Shown: positions 51,668 to 58,881 of the stretch, in pieces
Numbering within the stretch: position 1 is the first letter of the stretch
Layout of the letters: each line of letters opens with the position of its first letter
NCBI GenBank assembly: GCA_965205655.1
Contig: CBDBIJ010000073.1
Location: 1 to 58,881 of the forward strand
Length of the DNA stretch: 58,881 bases
Direction of reading: 5' to 3'
Origin: Candidatus Latescibacterota bacterium
GTDB lineage: Bacteria; Latescibacterota; UBA2968; UBA8231
The notes under the pieces: generated by a model
The model's database searches: none
Seen by the model: the letters and a program-made list of their open reading frames with translations, nothing else
What the model was told of the DNA's origin: nothing
Program-made: the position numbers and the translations under genes

Positions 51668-51682
51668 CAGGCAACATAAACT
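51654..51682 (+). promoter_or_regulatory. Candidate sigma70 promoter for cold-shock gene (TTGCGT-17-TAAACT)
   Basis: -35 at 51654-51659 and -10 at 51677-51682. Confidence 0.5.
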
Positions 51683-51738
51683 TAAACGGATTTTTCATCA
51701 ACGGTCGCCACCACTCCGTCACAAGCGGGTCGACTCGA

Positions 51739-51942
51739 ATGCCTTGTACGGGTGTCGTGAAGTGGTTTAACGAGAAAAAGGGGTACGGATTTATCTCGAG
51801 AGATGGCGAGGAGGATGTTTTCGTCCACTACACTGCCATACAGGGCGGGAACGGTGAGAGCTTGTCGGAGGGTGACGAAATCGCGTTCGATGTGGTGGAT
51901 GGACCGAAGGGCCCCCTCGCCGAGAACGTGGTAAAGTCGTAA
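51739..51942 (+). CDS. cspA: Cold-shock domain protein
   Basis: GVVKWFNEKKGYGFI, DVFVHY, GPKGP.A.NV. Confidence 0.93.
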   Translation: MPCTGVVKWFNEKKGYGFISRDGEEDVFVHYTAIQGGNGESLSEGDEIAFDVVDGPKGPLAENVVKS

Positions 51943-51969
51943 GCCGCCAGTGATCTGGCCGTGTTCATC

Positions 51970-52046
51970 GCCCTCGTAGCTCAGTAGGATAGAGCAACAG
52001 ATTCCTAATCTGTGGGTCCCGTGTTCGAATCGCGGCGGGGGCACCA
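51970..52046 (+). tRNA. tRNA-Arg (anticodon CCT)
   Basis: 77 nt cloverleaf: acceptor GCCCTCG/CGGGGGC, anticodon arm ACAGA-TTCCTAA-TCTGT, TTCGAAT T-loop, encoded CCA. Confidence 0.95.
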
Positions 52047-52084
52047 TTCTTCGTTCGGCGCGAGCTGAACAGTATCTGCGTCCG

Positions 52085-52837
52085 ATGCCGGAGCCAGCAG
52101 ACAAAACGCCTGAAGAACTGGAGGACTCGCCACCGGAATCGGGCCCCAGAGGGATTCCGCCTGACGAGCTCGAGGAAATCCTGGACCGACACCGTCTATG
52201 GCTCGACTCCCGGGGGGAAGAGGGCGAGCGTGCGGACTTTCACAGGGCTATTCTGCAGGATGCCTATCTCCAGGGAGCCGACCTGCGTGCGGCGAACTTC
52301 CATCAGGCCAGCCTTCAGGGGGCCGAGCTCCAGAACGCAAATCTCCACAAGGCGGATCTGAGCGAGGCGCACCTGCGGCACGCCAGCCTTCAGAAGTCGA
52401 GCCTTCGCGAGGCCAATCTATAAAAGGCACAACTCATCCAGGCCAATCTGCAGGGGGCGGACCTTCGCAAGGCGAATCTGCAGCGAGCGGACCTGCGCGA
52501 CGCCGATCTGTTGGAGACGCAGATGCAGGGCGCCAACATAGAGGGGGCATACTGTCGTAGCGCGAACTTCTTTTTGGCAGATCTTCGCAGCGCCAACTGC
52601 CGCGAGGCCAATCTTCGGGATGCGGATTTGCAGGGCGGCAATCTGAAAGACGCCGATCTACAGAGCGCCCGCATCCAAGACGCCCGACTCTCCGGTGCCG
52701 ATCTTACCGGAACCCAGCTTCAGGCCGCAGATCTGCTCGATGCTCTCGGTCTTACCAAAGATCAGATGCGTGAGGCGGTAACCGACGACAAGACGAGGCT
52801 GCCCGGCTACCTGGGCTCCGGCCATCGGAAGTCCTGA
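52085..52837 (+). pseudogene. Pentapeptide repeat protein with in-frame TAA at 52421-52423
   Basis: EANL*KAQL continues in the same frame to 52837. Paralog of 31740..32558 (shared DELEEIL..H..W cap and GLT.DQ...DDKT end). Confidence 0.8.
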
Positions 52838-52871
52838 TAAGGACCTTTCCGAGTCGTCAGGGGCCTCCCGA

Positions 52872-54095
52872 TCACAAATTCTCGCCCTCGCGGCGGGCGA
52901 CGATGGCCGCACCGCACGAGTCGCTCCACACGTTGACGGTGGTGCGACACATGTCGAGGGGCCTGTCCACTGCCAGAATGAGGCCGATACCCTTGAGCGG
53001 TAGGCCGACCGCGGTCAGAATGACGGAGATCATAACGAGGCCCGCCATGGGAATCCCGGCGGCCCCGATGGAAGCGAGCAGAGCGGTTACGACGACGACG
53101 ATTTGCTGCCCGAAGGTGAGTTCGATGCCGTAGGCCTGGGCGATGAACATGGCGGCGACGCACTCGTAGAGGGCTGTCCCATCCATGTTTATCGTCGCTC
53201 CGAGCGGCGCCACGAAGCTCGTCACGCGATTCGATACGCCGGCCCGGTTTTCAAGTGAGTCCATCGTCAACGGCAGCGTCGCCGAGGATGAGCTGGTGGA
53301 AAAGGCCGTCAGTAGAGCCGGCGACATGGAGCGGATGTGTTTGCTCGCGCCGAGACGACCGAATACGAACAGCAGGATGGGCAGTGTTACGAAAGCGTGA
53401 ATGAGGAGCCCGACAAATACGGTAAGAGCGTACATTCCCAGGTCGCGGAATGCGTCCAAGCCGGTTGTGGCGACGATTCTGGCGACGATGGCGAAGATGC
53501 CAAGCGGTGCGAAGGCGAGTATGAACTGCGTCAGCTTCATCACAACTTCGAAGGCCGACTCGAAGAAGGACTTGAGCCTGTCACGGTGGGGATCCGGGAC
53601 GCGGGTCATGAAGAAGCCGAAGAGCAGGCAGAAGAAAATGAGCTGTAGGATGTTCGCCTCCGACATGGCGCTGAAGAGATTCTCGGGGACGATGTCCACG
53701 AGCAGGCGCTGGAGAGCTTGAAACGGAGAATCGCCGAACTTCTCGATGGAGGGAGCCAGGCCCTCGGGCTGGGCCTGCAGCCCTAATCGAGCTCCTACGC
53801 CCGGCTCGATCAGATTGACGAGAACCAGGCCAGCGAGTACGGACAGAAAACTCGTCGCCACGTAGTAGCCGAACGTTGTGGCACCGATGCGACCGATGCT
53901 TCCCGCGGAGCCGATTCCGGCGACTCCGCAGATAATCGACGTGGCGATGAGGGGGACGATGATCATCTTCAGCGCCCGCAGGAAGAGATCTCCCATGAAC
54001 TGGATGTGGATGACCGGCTCACCGATGAGCCAGCCCGCCGCCGCGCCGGCGAGCAGGGCGACCAGGATCTGCCAATGGAGCGGAAATCGAGTCAT
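52872..54095 (-). CDS. Dicarboxylate/amino acid:cation symporter (DAACS, GltP-like)
   Basis: FSTSSSSATLP, GATINMDGT, SIGAAGIP, VDRPLDMCRT..NV..D. Confidence 0.92.
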   Translation of the reverse strand: MTRFPLHWQILVALLAGAAAGWLIGEPVIHIQFMGDLFLRALKMIIVPLIATSIICGVAGIGSAGSIGRIGATTFGYYVATSFLSVLAGLVLVNLIEPGVGARLGLQAQPEGLAPSIEKFGDSPFQALQRLLVDIVPENLFSAMSEANILQLIFFCLLFGFFMTRVPDPHRDRLKSFFESAFEVVMKLTQFILAFAPLGIFAIVARIVATTGLDAFRDLGMYALTVFVGLLIHAFVTLPILLFVFGRLGASKHIRSMSPALLTAFSTSSSSATLPLTMDSLENRAGVSNRVTSFVAPLGATINMDGTALYECVAAMFIAQAYGIELTFGQQIVVVVTALLASIGAAGIPMAGLVMISVILTAVGLPLKGIGLILAVDRPLDMCRTTVNVWSDSCGAAIVARREGENL

Positions 54096-54190
54096 TTGGA
54101 TGCTGGGCTTGTGAGAATGAATAGAGCGGTTTTTGTGAGGGACATGTAACGAGTTGGCGAATGTAACCCCCACGGGATAGGTCGCGCAAA

Positions 54191-55618
54191 TTGATCCGAT
54201 TCTACGACACGGCGACGCGGGAAAAGCGGGCCTTCGAACCGCTCGAAGCAGGGCGTGTGCGTGTCTACAGCTGCGGCCCCACTGTTTGGGATTACACCCA
54301 CATCGGCAACTTTCGAAGCTTCATGTTCGCCGACGTCCTCAAGCGGTATCTCAAGTCCAGGGGCTTCGAAGTCCATCACGTGATGAACCTGACCGACGTC
54401 GACGACCGTATCGCCCAGAAAGTGAGGGAAGCGGGAGTATCTCTGCGCGAGTACACCGACCGGTATGTCGAGGGGTTCTTCAGGGACTCCAAGACGCTCA
54501 ACATCGAGCCCGCCGATATATACCCCCGGGCTACAGATCACATCGACGAAATGGTGGCGCTGGTGAGCTCGCTGCTGGAGAGGGGCTTCGCGTACGAGCG
54601 CGGCGGTTCCGTGTACTATTCGATTTCCGCCTTCGCCGACTACGGGAAGTTCGCCCAGCTCGATATGTCCGGCATGCGGGACGGAGTTAGGGTCGACACT
54701 GACAAGTACGACAAGGACAACGCGCGTGATTTCGTCCTCTGGAAGGCGTGGACGGAGGAGGATGGCAATGTGGTGTGGGACTCGCCATTCGGCAGGGGGC
54801 GCCCGGGCTGGCATCTCGAATGCTCCGCCATGTCCACGAAATACCTCGGAGATGTCTTCGACATTCACACGGGCGGTATCGATCTCGTCTTTCCGCACCA
54901 CCAGAACGAGATCGCCCAGTCAGAGGGTGCGAAGGGCAAGCCCTTCGTGCGCCACTGGATGCACAACGAATTCATGAACATCGGCGATGAGGAGATGTCC
55001 AAGAGTGCGGGGAACCAGCTGATGCTCAACGACATCGGCGGCGCCGACGAAATCGCCGCCTTCCGCTACATGGCGGTCAGCGCCCACTACCGGACCAGAT
55101 TCAACTACACCACTGAGGCACTCGAGGCGAGCATGAGCGCCCTGCAGAGACTGACGCGCCTGTTCGGTCGGCTGCACGAATTTGTAGAGCATTCGTCTGC
55201 TGACGACGCCGAGTCTGTCGATGCGGAGTGGACGCAGAAGATCGAGTCAGCACGAACTGGTTTTACTGAAGCCATGGACGACGATCTGAACACCCCCCGC
55301 GCATTGGCCGCCGTTTTCGCCCTCGTCAACGAGATCGAGAAACCGCTGGCGCGAGATGGCCTCGGCGCGCCCCTCGCCCGTCAGCTCGTCGGGTTCTTCA
55401 ATGAAATGGATGGCGTGCTCGGGATCTTGTATCACAAGCCTGACTCGGAGGTGCGCTCGCGGCAGCTGCCGGACGAGCTTGCCGCACTCCTGGAAGCCAG
55501 GGAGGAGGCGAGGCGAGGAAAGGACTGGTCCGAGGCCGATCGCCTCAGAGACACACTCGCCGCCGCCGGTGTGGAGGTTCGGGACACGCCCGAAGGGACG
55601 CGCTGGACATGGCTGTAA
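54191..55618 (+). CDS. cysS: Cysteine--tRNA ligase
   Basis: YSCGPTV..HIGN, DFVLWK, GRPGWHLECSAM, HTGGIDL.FPHH.NE, MSKS.GN. Confidence 0.96.
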   Translation: MIRFYDTATREKRAFEPLEAGRVRVYSCGPTVWDYTHIGNFRSFMFADVLKRYLKSRGFEVHHVMNLTDVDDRIAQKVREAGVSLREYTDRYVEGFFRDSKTLNIEPADIYPRATDHIDEMVALVSSLLERGFAYERGGSVYYSISAFADYGKFAQLDMSGMRDGVRVDTDKYDKDNARDFVLWKAWTEEDGNVVWDSPFGRGRPGWHLECSAMSTKYLGDVFDIHTGGIDLVFPHHQNEIAQSEGAKGKPFVRHWMHNEFMNIGDEEMSKSAGNQLMLNDIGGADEIAAFRYMAVSAHYRTRFNYTTEALEASMSALQRLTRLFGRLHEFVEHSSADDAESVDAEWTQKIESARTGFTEAMDDDLNTPRALAAVFALVNEIEKPLARDGLGAPLARQLVGFFNEMDGVLGILYHKPDSEVRSRQLPDELAALLEAREEARRGKDWSEADRLRDTLAAAGVEVRDTPEGTRWTWL

Positions 55619-55655
55619 ACTCGTTCCCGGACAACGAGATACGGCCCGTCTTCGC

Positions 55656-55684
55656 TTGACATATCAAGGCCTTTTTGGCACAAT
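55656..55684 (+). promoter_or_regulatory. Sigma70 promoter TTGACA-17-CACAAT with extended -10 TG
   Basis: TTGACA at 55656-55661, TG at 55676-55677, CACAAT at 55679-55684. Confidence 0.55.
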
Positions 55685-55718
55685 AAGCTAAGATCCGAAG
55701 GCGTATCCGCCCAAGACA

Positions 55719-57585
55719 ATGGCGCAATCAAACCACACCGCTTCTCCATCATCAGAATCGCAGACTGTCACCCTACCGAGCGAGCTGTGTCGCCAGCTGT
55801 GGGCGCATATCTCGTCGCGATTGAGAGAGGGTGAAGTCCTGGTGAGCAATCAGGATTTCCAACGCGCCATCGAGGAGGTCTACGCCGATGTGACCGGGAC
55901 CGACCCCTCCGCCGACATCAAGCACGAAATCAGGTCCATGGTGGAGACCGTCAACCGGGACCATCCGGAAACTTACCTTGCCCAAGGCATGCAGAACAGT
56001 GTGAATCGAGCTTTCGAAGAGGGTGTTCGCCGACTCAACTGGGATATCGGTACGATTCAGGCGATGGGGGCGCGGACCTTGCATCGCTTCAGCCAGCAAG
56101 AAGCCGTGCTCGAGGAAGCGAATCTGCGGCCGGACAACATCGACGGGCTCGGCGCCGTCAAGAGCGTGGTAGACGAGATTGCGGGGCCACGAAAGGAGGC
56201 GCCCAAACCCAGCGCCCCGCTTCCGATTGCTACCTCATTCGACAGACCGGCGGAGCCAGCCCCAGCGGTCAGCTCCGGGCCATCTACTCCAGCCGGGGGC
56301 CTCGATGACGGCGCGCAGGCCGCCGTAGACAGCGGCGAAGTCGATGCGGGCGAGGTCAAACAGCGGATCGAGCAACAGGCGAAGCGGCAGGGCGAACTGG
56401 AGGAGAAGGAGCTCGAGAAGGTACCTGGTAATCTGGACTCATACGTCGAGCAGGGGAATCGTTACCGAAGATGAAGCCGAAAAGGTCCGCGAGTTGCGCG
56501 AGGTGGATGAGCGCGTGACGCGGGGCGAGATCGACGAAAAAGAGGCGACGGAGATACGTAACAGCATTCTCGGGGGTTCGGCCCGGGACAAGCTCGAGCG
56601 CAAGATCAGGGAGGCAGTCGCAGATTCGGTTCGCTACATCCAGGTGTTCGAGTCGATGCAGAAAATCGATCCGAAATACCACGACGCCATCGGTTTTCTC
56701 ATCCAGTACAAGAATCTGGTTATCGCCGCCGATGGAGCCGATGTCGACCTGAGCCCGGCCATCAAAGCGCTCATGGAGGATGTCGATCTCATCGATCTCA
56801 TGGTGGACGTCATGGAGCGAAAAGATCAGGAGCTCCGCATGCTGTCGGTGAGGCTGCATCCATACAGTGCCATCATGAGCAGAGGTCTCGAGCGGATCAG
56901 CAACATGATCATCGAAGAGTCATTCGTCGAAGACCTCGCGTCCTTGGACACCGATGGCATTTCGGAAAGACTCAACTCCTCCGACCAGCTGACCCGGGTT
57001 CGACCCGCCGCTGACATGCGGTGCCTGATCAGCCTGGTCGATCACGTGACCAAGAAGACGCGCTTCCGCAAGGAGCTTCGTCTGCTGCGTATCAGCAAGC
57101 AGATCGAGGAATTTTACAGCTCCACTTCCGACGTCAAGGAGGCCCGGCATCAGGCCGAGAACTTTCTCAATCGGCGCCTGCGGCGAATGTTTCCCGACAT
57201 GTCCTCGGACGAGGCGGCGGATCTCAAGCACCGCAGCACCGAGATGATGGACCAGATCGAGCAGCGCGTTCTGGACGACCGTCAGGCGGCCGTCAAAGAG
57301 AAAGAAGACAAGGCGCCGGCGACAGCTGCCGCCTCGTCGGCGGGTGGCGGGAATGACGAAATGGAGCTCTCGGAAGAGGAGATCCAGATCGGTCGCGTCG
57401 AGATGAGGGTGGCTGGTTCCACGCGCCGAATTCCGCAGAAGCTCATGCCAGATCCCGACGACCCTTCCGTGATGGTCATCTGCCAGCGCGACCCGGATAC
57501 CGGCGAGCTTGTACCCGCCAAACGCCGGGGTTCCAAACGCGTCGTCGAGCGGGGCCGCGACGACTCATGGCAAGAAGCGAAGTAA
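55719..57585 (+). CDS. Large acidic helical hypothetical protein (~620 aa; apparent +1 error in G run 56453-56456)
   Basis: Two overlapping ORFs join as YVEQGIVTEDE on removing one G. Confidence 0.65.
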
Positions 57586-57597
57586 GGGACGCGGTCA

Positions 57598-58881
57598 GTG
57601 GGCGGTGACGCGGCGTATGCCCGCACCGCACACGTGTCGATCGAGCAGGCCGCCGCTCACCTGGACAGTCTGTCGACGTGGTGCGGGGTCATCGGTGAGG
57701 ACGTCGGAGCCTCGCTGCGAAGCCTGCTCGAGGAACTGACGGCGGCGGCAGGCCTGATTTCGGCGGGTCAGAAGGGTGGTGTCGCGGCCAGGGCTGCACG
57801 CCGCCACTATCTCGACTTGCTCGGCCACCTCATCGAACGGGTCCCGAACCCCGAAGCCGACACACCGCTTCTTTCACAATACATCCTCGAACGTCTTCTT
57901 CGAGACGATCATCAGTTTCTCAGGCAGGCCGCGGCCAAACCATGGACCGAGTTGCATCCCGAGCTCGTGGCTTTGATGCGATCCGACCTGGAGGCTCTGG
58001 AGTGCCTGGCCAGATCGAACATAGGAGAGTGGGTCGAACGGCTAGCGGGATTCGGGTCTCCTCCTGCCAGCTCGAAACGACATCCCGGACGGCGAGGATC
58101 CACACAATCCCCTCGCGGTGAGCGGTGTCGGGATACGGATCCCTGGGACATGTCCACCGCACGCCTGCATCTGAAGAGGCGTCTGGCCGAAACGCACACG
58201 TGGCCTGACTTGGTCGAGGAGCTCGCCGCTCTGGTCTGGGCACACGGCGCCGGGCCCTTTCAGGGAACTCCGGCTTTTCGCCTTATGAAAACCGACGGTG
58301 GGGTTGCCCTGCTACCGGTTCCAGCGTTCTCCGCATTCGATCTCGATTGGCTAGAAGGGAATGAGTCGAGAATTGAAATCGTCGACGGGAACACACGCGA
58401 TCTTCTCGACGGGTTCCAGGCGCACAACGTCCTCATCTGGGGCCCGAGGGGCTGTGGCAAGTCGTCTTTGATCCGCGGGCTCGTAACCAGATACTACAAC
58501 CGCGGTTTGCGGGCCATCGAGATTCAGCCAGGCTCGTTGCCCAGCTTGCCTGAGCTGTTTGCGCAGATTCGGCATCGGCGCCAGTGTTTCATCGGAGTTC
58601 TCGACAACGTATCTCTCGACAGGAAGGACCCCAACTCGCGCTTTCTGTCCACGGCTCTGGACGGGGGCCTCGAGAATCGGCCGGAAAACTTCGTGCTGTA
58701 TGCCACCTCGAACTACAAGGATCTCGTGGACCGGGAGGGGGAACGCCCCCGGGGGCAGTCGCCTCACTCACTCACGGGGTCTCACTCTGAAGGCGCCGGC
58801 CCGCAACCGCAGCCGTACGATCCACAACAATTCGAACGTCTCGACGGCTCCAGAGCTGTCGACGACCGCTTTCCGCTCAAG
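57598..58881 (+). CDS. DUF815-like AAA+ ATP-binding protein (runs off window end)
   Basis: Own translation of frame 1 from GTG 57598 gives NVLIWGPRGCGKSSLI (Walker A), GLRAIEI, LDNVS and LDGGLENRPENFVLYATSN. Absent from the ORF track because it has no stop in the window. Confidence 0.85.
   Translation, partial: MGGDAAYARTAHVSIEQAAAHLDSLSTWCGVIGEDVGASLRSLLEELTAAAGLISAGQKGGVAARAARRHYLDLLGHLIERVPNPEADTPLLSQYILERLLRDDHQFLRQAAAKPWTELHPELVALMRSDLEALECLARSNIGEWVERLAGFGSPPASSKRHPGRRGSTQSPRGERCRDTDPWDMSTARLHLKRRLAETHTWPDLVEELAALVWAHGAGPFQGTPAFRLMKTDGGVALLPVPAFSAFDLDWLEGNESRIEIVDGNTRDLLDGFQAHNVLIWGPRGCGKSSLIRGLVTRYYNRGLRAIEIQPGSLPSLPELFAQIRHRRQCFIGVLDNVSLDRKDPNSRFLSTALDGGLENRPENFVLYATSNYKDLVDREGERPRGQSPHSLTGSHSEGAGPQPQPYDPQQFERLDGSRAVDDRFPLK

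Noticed and set aside
51970..52900. tRNA-Arg as an integration site for an island
   Set aside because: No integrase nearby and I saw no duplicated tRNA 3' end in the window.

Overview
High-GC bacterial chromosomal segment. The protein families resemble Ca. Latescibacterota or a related FCB-lineage organism; this is recalled family resemblance, not a search result. (1) 1-10.4 kb holds an unannotated secreted/outer-membrane module arranged A-B-B-A-C. The A genes are two paralogous Asp-rich proteins (one complete at ~910 aa, one cut by the window edge) with beta-barrel-like C-termini. The B genes are two paralogous ~720 aa secreted proteins ending in a 'TPNGDxxND...WDGxD...VPPGxYL...AY' FlgD-Ig/T9SS type-B-like domain. 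C is a secreted CBM9/DOMON-like protein ending in 'SWGRIKAQF', behind its own operator-bearing promoter. This is the best candidate for an undescribed system. (2) 10.5-29.8 kb is a sugar-catabolism region: two tandem GH33 sialidases, Gfo/Idh/MocA and SAF-domain oxidoreductases, an isomerase, an enolase-superfamily enzyme, a polytopic transporter, a GH4 alpha-galactosidase, a CBM9 protein and several chimeric gene remnants. (3) 30-38 kb encodes HtrA, a pentapeptide protein, ppgK, a GH63-like glucosidase inactivated by a nonsense codon plus an IS256 insertion, and an orphan GroES. (4) 38-51.5 kb is a complete alternative complex III (actABCDEFG)-SCO-caa3 (A2-type) oxidase operon with an IS630 inserted at the actC stop codon. 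(5) 51.7-58.9 kb has a cold-shock gene, tRNA-Arg(CCT), a pentapeptide pseudogene, a DAACS symporter, cysS, a large hypothetical and a DUF815-like ATPase. Most single-base frameshifts are homopolymer +/-1 events and are probably long-read errors. The IS insertions and chimeric deletions look real; the nonsense codons are probably real. No CRISPR array was seen.
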